A stretch of DNA of 59,615 nucleotides from positions 4,998 through 64,612 of the forward strand of contig JBJYXA010000173.1 in NCBI GenBank assembly GCA_046259705.1, given 5' to 3'. The notes under the pieces were generated by a model. It made no database searches and was not told where the DNA came from. It worked only from the letters and a program-made list of their open reading frames with translations. The position numbers were made by a program, and so were the translations under genes. Origin of the DNA: Caldilineaceae bacterium. Its GTDB lineage: Bacteria; Chloroflexota; Anaerolineae; Caldilineales; Caldilineaceae. Of this stretch, positions 1 to 8,439 are shown piece by piece; the stretch's first letter is position 1, and each line of letters starts with the position of its first letter.

Positions 1-251
1 CGGATGTGATCTAAACTTGGCCGCGGGTCGGTGTCTGTCTGGCGCCGCCGCGGCCCGGCGATCAGTCCGATTAGTTGAGGTCATTCGCACCGGCAGGTAA
101 GCGCGTTGCGGCATCTGTAATCCTCCTCTACAACAGGCGTAGCTTCGGATTATACCAGAAGCGCTCGATGCTTGACTGCTTGATTGCCTGGCGATCCCGT
201 CCGCCTGGCGGATCGGAGGCGGCAACACAAAACCGGATGGCGCTCGCAAAG

Positions 252-285
252 CCAAAGAAAACTCCGGCAGGATTTCCTGCCGGAG
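252..285 (-). terminator. Rho-independent terminator candidate downstream of the PEP-CTERM gene
   Basis: Inverted repeat CTCCGGCAGGA (262-272) / TCCTGCCGGAG (275-285). On the minus strand the hairpin is followed by TTTTCTTTGG. Confidence 0.5.
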
Positions 286-348
286 TCTCGGGCTTCATGC
301 ATCTGCGAACCTAGCAACAAACACCAGGCTCGACTAGCTAACGTACCG

Positions 349-702
349 CTACTCGGTCTTCTTCCTGCGCGCCGCAGCTGCGGATAAGGCAGCCAAGCCC
401 GTGCCGAACAATATCACGGTGATCGGTTCAGGAATCTCGGCAGGCGGCAGTGGCGTCGGTGGCGCCGTCGGTGTCACTGTTGGAGGCGGCGGAATCGTCG
501 GCTCCTTGGTGGGTTCCTCTGTCGGCGGTACCGGCGTATTGGTTGGCGGCGGCTGCGTTGGGATCGGTGTATCTACCGCCAGCGATTTGCCCGCCGCCAC
601 GTCTACGGCGCCGAACTGAACGGATAAAAGCGTGAAAGAGAACAGAAAAATAACGGCAAGAACTATGTACGACCGTCTGAGTAGATGTCGGTTCATGGGC
701 AT
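349..702 (-). CDS. Small secreted Pro/Thr-rich protein with C-terminal PEP-CTERM-type sorting signal
   Basis: N-terminal signal-like segment (RRSYIVLAVIFLFSFTLLSV). The middle consists only of P/T-rich repeats. The C-terminus IPEPITVILFGTGLAALSAAAARRKKTE gives a PEP motif, a TM helix and a basic tail. Confidence 0.7.
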   Translation of the reverse strand: MPMNRHLLRRSYIVLAVIFLFSFTLLSVQFGAVDVAAGKSLAVDTPIPTQPPPTNTPVPPTEEPTKEPTIPPPPTVTPTAPPTPLPPAEIPEPITVILFGTGLAALSAAAARRKKTE

Positions 703-933
703 TTCTCCGGATGACGAATGATAAAAACAAATAGACTAAGAGAATGAATGCCGGTTCGCGCTGCTTGCGACATTGTCCAAATGCCTTGCAATAATAGTAT
801 CACATTCCAAATATGATTTCAAATCGTGTTTTGTGACGTTTTATCTACATTTCCAGCAGGATGAGCGTCACAAGGCATGATACCAGCGTAATCAGCGCCA
901 GAGTCTTGCTAAAAACAGTATGCTGTCTGTGAA

Positions 934-1425
934 TCAGCAGATACCAATTACTTTTGCACCTGTTAGCTGCAAGAGCTGCTGAGGCGTCAGAGAAAAGACT
1001 GCTCGCGGAGTGCCGGCCGCTGCCCAGATCACCCCATAATTCATCAGCTCACTGTCCACATACGTCTCGATGGCACTGGAGTGACCAACGGGCGGAACAC
1101 CTCCGATCGCGAAGCCCGTCCTTTCCTGCACGAAGTCTGCGTCGGCTTTTGACAATTTGTGTCCGATAGCCGCGCTGACTTTCGGAACGTCGACCCTGTT
1201 CGACCCGCAGGCCAAGATTAAAACTGCACCGCCGCTGTTCACGTCGCGAAATATCAGTGACTTGACGATTTGCCCCACCTCGCGGCCTATTGTTAGCGCA
1301 GCGTCTTGTGCAGTACGCGTCGATTGAGATAACTCTCGTACGTGCAAAGCAATTCCTGCGGCGTCCAACGCTAGCTGAACGCGTTCGGCGCTGGGTGAGA
1401 GCCCATACGATTCGGCCCTGCTCAT
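934..1425 (-). CDS. YbaK/EbsC-family aminoacyl-tRNA deacylase (editing domain protein)
   Basis: Family-like sequence: TAQDAALTIGREVGQIVKSLIF...GGVPPVGH...VIWAAAGTP. The start is set at the internal MSRAESYG (163 aa, typical size) rather than the ORF-track start at 1491. Confidence 0.7.
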   Translation of the reverse strand: MSRAESYGLSPSAERVQLALDAAGIALHVRELSQSTRTAQDAALTIGREVGQIVKSLIFRDVNSGGAVLILACGSNRVDVPKVSAAIGHKLSKADADFVQERTGFAIGGVPPVGHSSAIETYVDSELMNYGVIWAAAGTPRAVFSLTPQQLLQLTGAKVIGIC

Positions 1426-1961
1426 TCTCGGTGACCAGCCTTCCCCGGTACTCGCGTACCGTGCTAGACATCTTCTCACCCTAAATGACAATCACTCCAA
1501 GAGATGTAGATACAATACTACTGTATGTTGCACTCAACATTATACACGCAAACGCGCAGCACTATCTTGCGCAACATAACTTGATGCAGGAATATGATGC
1601 GCGCGACAACCACGTCGTTCTCGTCAGCAATGGCGTAGGCTACGGCAGTATGTTCATACGGCATATTCGCCCTGAAAATGGCGTTCGGATGCCATGATTA
1701 CGATAGTGTCAACTTGCACACTTGCCGTCGCTGGTATGCATGCCATAGGCAAAGGTCCGTGAGGTGTCGCATGATTCTAGATTTGTGGCCTATTGCTGTT
1801 ATCATAAAGCGCATTTTCAACGGGGTATACGAACCGCAGCGACGAGATTCGCCCTGATCGTTGTCTCGCCTGCGACCGCCAGCATGCTCTCGCATTGTCC
1901 CGCCATCTGTCGGTGCGCCAGGTACCCTCGGTAAGTTGTGTTGAAGCGAAAGGGATGCTCT

Positions 1962-4682
1962 ATGCCTACACAAGATTACTTCGGCGCCAAAGATACGTTC
2001 GAAACGGGAAGCGGCCCGGCAGTGCTCTACCGGCTGGCAGCTTTGGAAGCCGGCGGCGTGGCGAATCTGTCGCGTCTGCCCTATTCGATTCGGGTCCTGC
2101 TCGAGGCCGCACTGCGCCAAGCGGACGGTTTTGAGATCACGCGTGGGGCAGTCGAAACCATTGCACAGTGGGGTCCGGCGACGGCCGGCCAAGTAGAGAT
2201 ACCCTTCAAACCCGCACGCGTGGTTCTGCAGGATTTCACCGGCGTACCGAGCGTTGTCGATCTTGCTGCAGTGCGTAGCGCAGTGGCTCGGATGGGCGGC
2301 GATCCTGCGAAGGTAAATCCCGAGGTGCCGGTCGACCTCGTGGTTGACCATAGCGTGCAGGTGGACCGCTTTGGAAGCGTCTTCGCCCGCTTCTATAATG
2401 CAGAGCGCGAATTCGAACGCAACCGCGAGCGTTATGAGTTTCTCAAGTGGGGCCAAGAAGCCTTCGACAACTTTCGCGTCGTTCCGCCCGCCACGGGAAT
2501 CGTGCATCAAGTGAATCTCGAATACCTGGCCAGCGTCGTGCAGACGAGCCCAAATAACGGCATGCCCATCGCATACCCGGACTCCTTGGTCGGCACGGAC
2601 AGCCATACGACCATGATCAACGGTCTGGGTGTGCTCGGCTGGGGCGTTGGCGGCATAGAAGCCGAGGCAGTCATGCTTGGCCAGCCCATTTACATGCTAA
2701 TGCCGGAGGTTGTCGGCTTCAAACTGACGGGCGAACTCCCGGACGGGGCTACGGCCACCGATCTTGTACTGCGTGTGACTGAAATGTTGCGCAGGAAAGG
2801 CGTCGTCGGGAAATTCGTGGAGTATTTTGGGCCCGGGCTGAAAAACCTCAGCCTTCCGGATCGCGCTACGATTGCCAATATGGCCCCAGAGTATGGCGCC
2901 ACCATCGGCTATTTTCCCGTAGACGATGAGACCCTGCGTTATCTCGCCGGCACCGGACGAAGCGAAGAGCTTGTCGATCTGGTAGAGCGCTACAACAAAG
3001 AACAAGGGTTGTTTCATACCGCGGAGTCACCCGAACCAGAGTTCAGCGACACGCTGGAACTCGATATGACCACGGTAATGACGAGTCTTGCAGGTCCCAA
3101 ACGGCCCATGGATCGCATTGGCTTGGGTGACATGCAGCGCGTCTGGCAGGGCGGTCTCACTGCCCCAGTAGGCCCGCAAGGCTTCGGCCTGGACGAAGAG
3201 GCCGCTTCGACCACTGTACGCGTAGAACACGGCGGTCGCAGCTTTGAATTGACGCATGGAAGCGTAGTCATTGCGGCCATTACCTCATGCACGAATACCA
3301 GCAATCCTAGCGTGATGATTGGCGCCGGATTACTCGCAAAAAAGGCTGTCGAACGCGGTCTCGATGTGCAACCTTGGGTCAAGACCAGTATGGCGCCGGG
3401 GAGCACAGTGGTGACCAAATACCTAGAGGCGAGCGGACTAATTCCGTACCTCGAGGCTCTCGGCTTTCATATAGTCGGCTATGGCTGCACCACGTGCATC
3501 GGCAACAGCGGCCCGCTTCCGCCTGCTATCAGCGAAGCGATTCACATCGGCGACCTCGTTGCCGCCTCCGTACTCAGCGGCAACCGCAACTTTGAGGGCC
3601 GTATTAGTCAGGATGTACGCGCCAATTACCTGGCATCACCGCCCCTTGTCGTTGCTTACGCCATCGCCGGAACCGTGAATACGAACCTGGAAATCGATCC
3701 TGTCGGATACGATCCGAATGGCCAGCCTGTCTACCTTCGCGAGATCTGGCCCAGCCAGACGGAGATTCGAGACGCCATCCGCGCTAGTCTGCGGCCTGCG
3801 CTTTTCCACGAGGAATATGCCGACGTCTTCACACGCAATGCCGAATTTAACGACATCCCTGTGACCGGCGGCGCTCTATTCGAATGGGAACCCTACAGCA
3901 CCTACGTCAAGGAGCCTCCATTCTTCTTTATCGACCTGGACATGCCTGTCGTGGAACCAGTTCATGGCGCACGGGTCCTTGCGGTCATGCCGGACAGCAC
4001 AACAACCGACCACATTAGCCCGGCCGGGAGCATTGCGCCCGGCAGCCCTGCGGGCCGCTACTTGGAAAGCCACGGCGTCGAACCATCCGATTGGAATTCG
4101 TATGGCAGCCGTCGCGGCAACCATGAGGTGATGGTCCGTGGCACCTTCGCCAACATACGCATCAAGAACCAGATGTTGCCTGGTGTGGAAGGCGGTGTCA
4201 CCATACACATTCCTTCAGGCGAGGTGATGCCGATCTTTGATGCGGCCGAGCGATACGCAGAAACGCACACACCGCTGATAATCATCGCCGGCAAGGAGTA
4301 CGGCACGGGCTCCAGCCGCGACTGGGCCGCGAAAGGACCCCAGCTACAAGGGGTGCGCGCGGTCATCGCAGAAAGCTTCGAGCGCATTCACCGCAGCAAC
4401 TTGGTCGGAATGGGCGTCCTTCCACTGCAGTTCCTGGACGGTGACTCCGCCAAGAAACTCGGACTCACAGGCTACGAAACGTACGAGATCCTCGGTTTGA
4501 GCGAAGACTTGATGCCTGCTCAGACTTATACCGTGCGCGCGGTAGACGACGATGGTGCAGTCACACAGTTTGACGTGGTCAGCCGGATTGATACGCCTGT
4601 CGAAATCAATTACTACAAGAATGGCGGTATTCTCCACACGGTATTGCGGCGAATCGTCCGTGACCAATTGGGGCTCCAGTAG
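1962..4682 (+). CDS. acnA: Aconitate hydratase A
   Basis: About 906 aa. Fe-S ligand motifs are present ([20 protein letters not shown]), and the N- and C-terminal regions are typical of AcnA/IRP. ATG at 1962 is preceded by AAGGGA. Confidence 0.95.
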   Translation: MPTQDYFGAKDTFETGSGPAVLYRLAALEAGGVANLSRLPYSIRVLLEAALRQADGFEITRGAVETIAQWGPATAGQVEIPFKPARVVLQDFTGVPSVVDLAAVRSAVARMGGDPAKVNPEVPVDLVVDHSVQVDRFGSVFARFYNAEREFERNRERYEFLKWGQEAFDNFRVVPPATGIVHQVNLEYLASVVQTSPNNGMPIAYPDSLVGTDSHTTMINGLGVLGWGVGGIEAEAVMLGQPIYMLMPEVVGFKLTGELPDGATATDLVLRVTEMLRRKGVVGKFVEYFGPGLKNLSLPDRATIANMAPEYGATIGYFPVDDETLRYLAGTGRSEELVDLVERYNKEQGLFHTAESPEPEFSDTLELDMTTVMTSLAGPKRPMDRIGLGDMQRVWQGGLTAPVGPQGFGLDEEAASTTVRVEHGGRSFELTHGSVVIAAITSCTNTSNPSVMIGAGLLAKKAVERGLDVQPWVKTSMAPGSTVVTKYLEASGLIPYLEALGFHIVGYGCTTCIGNSGPLPPAISEAIHIGDLVAASVLSGNRNFEGRISQDVRANYLASPPLVVAYAIAGTVNTNLEIDPVGYDPNGQPVYLREIWPSQTEIRDAIRASLRPALFHEEYADVFTRNAEFNDIPVTGGALFEWEPYSTYVKEPPFFFIDLDMPVVEPVHGARVLAVMPDSTTTDHISPAGSIAPGSPAGRYLESHGVEPSDWNSYGSRRGNHEVMVRGTFANIRIKNQMLPGVEGGVTIHIPSGEVMPIFDAAERYAETHTPLIIIAGKEYGTGSSRDWAAKGPQLQGVRAVIAESFERIHRSNLVGMGVLPLQFLDGDSAKKLGLTGYETYEILGLSEDLMPAQTYTVRAVDDDGAVTQFDVVSRIDTPVEINYYKNGGILHTVLRRIVRDQLGLQ

Positions 4683-4696
4683 AAAAGCGAGTGTAG

Positions 4697-6502
4697 ATGA
4701 TGAGCAACCCCGCGAAATCAACAACATATGTCACGGAACCAACGGGCTGGGATCTGAGCGACCTGCTTCCGGAACCGTCCGAAGCGGTGATTGACGAACG
4801 GCTGGCAGCGCTGGAAACAGAGGTCGCCGCATTGGAGCAACAGCGAGATCTGCTTGACCCGGAAATGGATCCAGGACTGCTGATACAGATTGTGGAGCAG
4901 TATGAATGTCTGGTCGAGCAGATCTACGTTCTTGGCTCCTACGGCAGCCTGTGGTTTGCGGCTGAAACACAGTCTGCCGCCGCGCTCAACTACCGCAACC
5001 GCATGATGCAGACGCTGACGCAGGCGCAGAACCGCACGCTATTCTTCGATCTGTGGTGGAAATCACTTGACGATAACGAGGCCGCCGCGCTGTTGCCCAG
5101 CGCTGACGCGTATTCGGACTATCGCCATTTTCTCGAGGACATGCGGCGTACCAAGCCGTATACGAAGGAAGAGAAGATCGAGCAGGTCATCAACATCAAG
5201 GATGCGAATGGCATCAGCGCGGTCATCACACTATACGACATGCTGACGAGCCGTCTCGAGTTCACGCTGGACGTAGGCGGGGAGAAGCGTTCATTGACAC
5301 GTGACGCGCTCATGTCCTATGTCCACTCTCCCGATCCCGGCCTGCGCGCCGCGGCCTATCAGGAGCTTTATCGTGTCTACATGGGCGAGGCAAATATCCT
5401 GGCACAGATGTACGCAAACCGCGTACGCGACTGGTATATGGAACAGGTTGAATTACGCGGCTATGAAACTCCGATTTCCGTTCGTAACGTCAGCAACGAC
5501 ATCCCTGATGAGGCGGTCGACACGCTGCTGAACGTGTGTAGGAATAACGTCGGCGTCTTCCAGCGTTACTTCCGGCTCAAGGCAGGTTGGCTGGGAGTGG
5601 ACAAGCTGCGACGGTATGACATCTACGCGCCCCTCACCGAGTCGGACCGCGAGATAGCGTATGGCGATGCCATCGAGATGGTCTTGGAGACATTTGAAGA
5701 GTTCTCTCCCCAGATCGCGGAACAGGCGGAGCGCGTATTCGCCCGTGATCATATCGATTCGGAAGTGCGCAAAGGAAAACGAGGCGGCGCCTTCTGTGCG
5801 ACCGTATTGCCAAGCCAGACACCTTGGGTACTCATGAACTTCACAGGGAAGGTGCGCGATGTCGCGACGATGGCACACGAATTGGGGCACGCTATCCACT
5901 CCATGATGGCTGCGCATCACAGCGTGCTGACGCAGCATTCCGCCCTGCCTTTGGCCGAAACCGCATCCGTCTTTGCCGAAATGTTACTGACGGACCGCTT
6001 GCTGGAGGAAGAGGAAGACCCGCTTGTCAAACGCGAAATCCTTGCCACGGCGGTCGACGATATGTACGCGACAGTACTTCGCCAAGCCTATTTCGTAGCA
6101 TTCGAACGCACGGCGCATGAAGCTATTCTCGCCAATAAGTCCCAGGACGAACTGAACGCGCTGTACGCCCAGAATCTGGCAGAGCAGTTCGGCGACAGCG
6201 TGGAAATAGGTGACGAGTTCCAATATGAATGGGTGAGCATACCTCATATTTTCCACACACCCTTCTATTGTTACGCCTATAGTTTTGGACAACTTCTCGT
6301 ATTGGCCCTCTATCGACGCTTCCAACAGGAGGGTGACGCGTTCAAGCCGGCGTATCTGCGCTTGCTCGCACACGGCGGCTCCGCGCGTCCGGTCGAGATC
6401 TTGGAGGAGGCGGGCATCGATATCTCCGATCCCGCATTTTGGCAGGGCGGATTCGACGTCATCAGTGACATGATCAGCCAGCTCGAGGATATCGAATTTT
6501 AG
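4697..6502 (+). CDS. pepF: Oligoendopeptidase F family (M3B) metallopeptidase
   Basis: 601 aa with the zinc motif MAHELGHAIH and M3B-like overall layout. It starts 15 nt after the acnA stop. Confidence 0.85.
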   Translation: MMSNPAKSTTYVTEPTGWDLSDLLPEPSEAVIDERLAALETEVAALEQQRDLLDPEMDPGLLIQIVEQYECLVEQIYVLGSYGSLWFAAETQSAAALNYRNRMMQTLTQAQNRTLFFDLWWKSLDDNEAAALLPSADAYSDYRHFLEDMRRTKPYTKEEKIEQVINIKDANGISAVITLYDMLTSRLEFTLDVGGEKRSLTRDALMSYVHSPDPGLRAAAYQELYRVYMGEANILAQMYANRVRDWYMEQVELRGYETPISVRNVSNDIPDEAVDTLLNVCRNNVGVFQRYFRLKAGWLGVDKLRRYDIYAPLTESDREIAYGDAIEMVLETFEEFSPQIAEQAERVFARDHIDSEVRKGKRGGAFCATVLPSQTPWVLMNFTGKVRDVATMAHELGHAIHSMMAAHHSVLTQHSALPLAETASVFAEMLLTDRLLEEEEDPLVKREILATAVDDMYATVLRQAYFVAFERTAHEAILANKSQDELNALYAQNLAEQFGDSVEIGDEFQYEWVSIPHIFHTPFYCYAYSFGQLLVLALYRRFQQEGDAFKPAYLRLLAHGGSARPVEILEEAGIDISDPAFWQGGFDVISDMISQLEDIEF

Positions 6503-6562
6503 ACGGTCGCGTCACTGGCTGTACATACTTGCGGTTGTGATTATGCTCCAACCTAATACTCG

Positions 6563-6609
6563 AAACGGCGCTCAAGCCCGTAAGAACGCAGCAATGAGCG
6601 CCGTTTTTT
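6563..6609 (+). terminator. Rho-independent terminator candidate after pepF
   Basis: AAACGGCGCTCA (6563-6574) pairs with TGAGCGCCGTTT (6594-6605) and is followed by a T-run to 6609. The 19-nt loop is long for a terminator. Confidence 0.55.
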
Positions 6610-6766
6610 GATCCTCTACGGGTTCCGCTCTAGTCGTCGTTAACCTAATACGCAGAGCGCTTGCTTTGGTCAACGCAACGGGTAGCATCTCGCCATCTCC
6701 ACTCTCAGTAGGGCTAGCTTTCCAAGCCATTTGGCCGGGCGCTCGTAGCCAATTGGTAGATAAAGT

Positions 6767-6810
6767 ACAATATTGTCTATATATTGCACATATAATGCAC
6801 AATATGTGCA
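6767..6810 (+). promoter_or_regulatory. AT-rich promoter/operator region with two perfect palindromes upstream of the selenoprotein cluster
   Basis: There is a 10-bp palindrome ACAATATTGT (6767-6776). A 9-bp inverted repeat TGCACATAT (6785-6793) / ATATGTGCA (6802-6810) overlaps a TATAAT hexamer (6791-6796). The region lies about 80-120 nt upstream of the GTG at 6888. No good -35 at canonical spacing was seen. Confidence 0.4.
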
Positions 6811-6887
6811 GGGTGCGTGTACAGATCGGTGGACAGTATTTGGTCTAGCAAAGCTTGGAGTTTGGACAACCCAACAGGGAGCGAAAT

Positions 6888-7049
6888 GTGAAATATGTTG
6901 TCTTTGCTCCAGTCTTCGTTGCACTTCTGTTGGCTGCCTGTGCACCAGCATCTGCACCCGTAGCAACGCCGGAAGCTGCACAATCTAGCGGCGGCGAAAT
7001 GGCTACCAATAGCGCGCAACTGAATAGGTACCATCGGAGCGGCTTCTAA
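6888..7049 (+). CDS. Small lipoprotein (53 aa), function unknown
   Basis: The GTG start is preceded by AGGGAG. The signal peptide plus lipobox reads MKYVVFAPVFVALLLAAC. The mature part is short and Ala/Pro/Ser-rich. Confidence 0.5.
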   Translation: MKYVVFAPVFVALLLAACAPASAPVATPEAAQSSGGEMATNSAQLNRYHRSGF

Positions 7050-7088
7050 TATCTGTCCCTCGACATTTCTTCGGGAGTAAGAGATAGC

Positions 7089-7640
7089 ATGAATTTGATA
7101 GACAAAAACGTACTGAACAGAGCGGTAGAAGGTGTGAACGTGCAGCCCGGGAGATTTGCCGATCAGCTTCTGGAGGGGAGGACGCTCCTGATATTTCTGC
7201 GCCACTTTGGTTGACCTTTTTGCCACGAGACTGTGAAAGAACTGCGTAAGGTATTCACCACTAATGCCTATGACCTGAAGATTCTCTTTGTGTATCAGGG
7301 AACTGTGGATCAGGGCAACGTCTTCTTTCAGCAGTTGTGGCCGGAGGCACGTGCTGTCTCCGATCCGTCGAAGTATCTCTATCAGGCGTTTGGCTTGGAG
7401 AGAGCGAGCCTGCGAGAGATAATTGGCCCGGAGGTCGCGGCCTGTGGGATCCGCGCTATGAAAAACGGGTCGTTTGGTGGGCGACCGGTCGGTGATACTC
7501 GTATGATGCCCGGCGCCTTTCTGGTGGACGGCGAGGAAATTCTGTGGCGTCACGATTATCGTCACATAGCAGACCATCCGGATTTTGAACAAGTGGTTTC
7601 AAACACAGCCAAGAATGGGGCTGGGAGGAACTCTCCATGA
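7089..7640 (+). CDS. Peroxiredoxin-like 2 (PRXL2/PAMM, AhpC-TSA_2 type) selenoprotein with in-frame TGA (Sec) at 7212..7214
   Basis: ATG 7089 is in the same frame as ORF 7233..7640, with no other stop between them. Read-through gives ...RTLLIFLRHFG-U-PFCHETVKELRKV, where TGA falls on the first Cys of the thioredoxin-fold CxxC. The downstream sequence (YLYQAFGLER...GGRPVGDTRMMPGAFLVDGEEILWRH) resembles PRXL2A-type proteins. Without read-through the gene loses its redox motif. Confidence 0.7.
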
Positions 7641-7819
7641 ATTCTCGAACTCAAATTGTCAAAGGCTCCATACTTCTGGCTGCGGCAATTTCATTTGCAT
7701 TGTCAGTATGGCTCTGGTTCACTGGTTCAAGGGAGCAAGGGCTCTTCGTCGCAATCTGGGTCCCTTCCATCCTAAGCCTCGGTGCTCTTGTCCTGGCCGG
7801 GAGCGGACATAATGAGTGA
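7637..7819 (+). CDS. Small membrane protein (60 aa, 2 predicted TM helices)
   Basis: Its ATG overlaps the upstream stop (ATGA). There are two hydrophobic segments: ILLAAAISFALSVWLWF and LFVAIWVPSILSLGALVLAG. Confidence 0.5.
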   Translation: MNSRTQIVKGSILLAAAISFALSVWLWFTGSREQGLFVAIWVPSILSLGALVLAGSGHNE

Positions 7820-7964
7820 CACGGTCCTTTTTGTCTGGGGGACGGTTGCGTTCCTGGTCGCCGTTGGTCCTCTTGCAATTGCAGCATTCCTGGATTATCG
7901 GGACCGCGCCAACAAGCGTGCCCTCGATCGCGCGGCTGGACTTGGCGAAGATGTGAGTAACTGA
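7812..7964 (+). CDS. Small membrane protein (50 aa, 1 predicted TM helix)
   Basis: ATG 7812 overlaps the upstream stop (ATGAGTGA) and GGGAG lies 10 nt upstream. The TM segment is VLFVWGTVAFLVAVGPLAIAAFL. An alternative GTG start exists at 7782. Confidence 0.45.
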   Translation: MSDTVLFVWGTVAFLVAVGPLAIAAFLDYRDRANKRALDRAAGLGEDVSN

Positions 7965-7988
7965 CATTTCGGATGAAGGATTCGGTGG

Positions 7989-8330
7989 ATGGATAGACGC
8001 GTGTGCAGCGCTATCTTCGGAGCCGGAATCGACGGCCTGATGTCGACAGCTATCTTGGCGCGTGCCGAAGTCAAGCCATTATTCTGGGATCACAAGTATG
8101 TTCTGCAGGCGCGCGCGTACATTCTGTCATCAGGCATGTCGGTTTGAGTCGGATGCAGAGCCTTTCAGGCAACAAGCTTTGCGGTGGATGGAGTCGGCTG
8201 GCCACACAGCGTAGTCGGCCGAACCGAATTCTGTGGCGCCGCTGCGCTAGCAAAACATTCGCTCGCACATGACTGGCGGCGCTCAACTGGAACGCAACCG
8301 GCGACGGATCCGGCCCGTGATGATGTGTGA
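7989..8330 (+). CDS. AhpD/carboxymuconolactone-decarboxylase-like candidate selenoprotein with in-frame TGA (Sec) at 8145..8147
   Basis: This gene is absent from the ORF track because both halves are 60 aa or shorter. ATG 7989 has AAGGA 9 nt upstream. Translation is MDRRVCSAIFGAGIDGLMSTAILARAEVKPLFWDHKYVLQARAYILSSGMSV-U-VGCRAFQATSFAVDGVGWP...DDV*. The segment around U aligns by eye to the CMD core (L-x-a-v-s-a-x-g-C-x-x-C-x3-H-x7-G), with U at the first Cys, Gly conserved at +12 and His replaced by Gln. Confidence 0.45.
8154..8183 (+). promoter_or_regulatory. Possible SECIS-like hairpin downstream of TGA 8145
   Basis: TGCAGAGC (8154-8161) pairs with GCTTTGCG (8176-8183), giving 8 bp including 2 G.U pairs. 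The 14-nt loop contains AGG. The hairpin begins 7 nt after the TGA and is weak by eye. Confidence 0.25.
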
Positions 8331-8439
8331 CAACCTTGCGCGATTCCGCGTTGCGTGTGTAGGTCCCAAGCGTGTATACTGACCACGTCAACGGTTACAG
8401 ACCGCACGGGTCCCACCCACGCAACGGATCGCAGAGATC

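Noticed and set aside
1485-1697. 70-aa plus-strand ORF in the lower-GC gap upstream of acnA
   Set aside because: It has no ribosome-binding site or family resemblance, and the region is more likely the ybaK/acnA divergent promoter and leader region.
1698-2606. 302-aa minus-strand ORF
   Set aside because: It is fully antisense to the 5' part of acnA and its leader, and is a typical high-GC shadow ORF.
6777-7592. 271-aa minus-strand ORF covering the lipoprotein and PRXL2 locus
   Set aside because: It is antisense to a plus-strand frame with clear thioredoxin-fold/PRXL2 similarity and operon-like overlapping starts. Its own translation has no recognisable family and a Cys/Arg/His-rich shadow-ORF composition.
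8071-8416. Minus-strand ORFs of 106 and 83 aa, plus the plus-strand 89-aa ORF 8003-8272, in the gap before the OmpR-like gene
   Set aside because: Their translations are Arg/Cys/His-rich with no motif. The plus frame 0 with read-through of TGA 8145 gives a CMD/AhpD-like pattern and has a ribosome-binding site. They are kept as the alternative hypothesis if the AhpD-like call fails.
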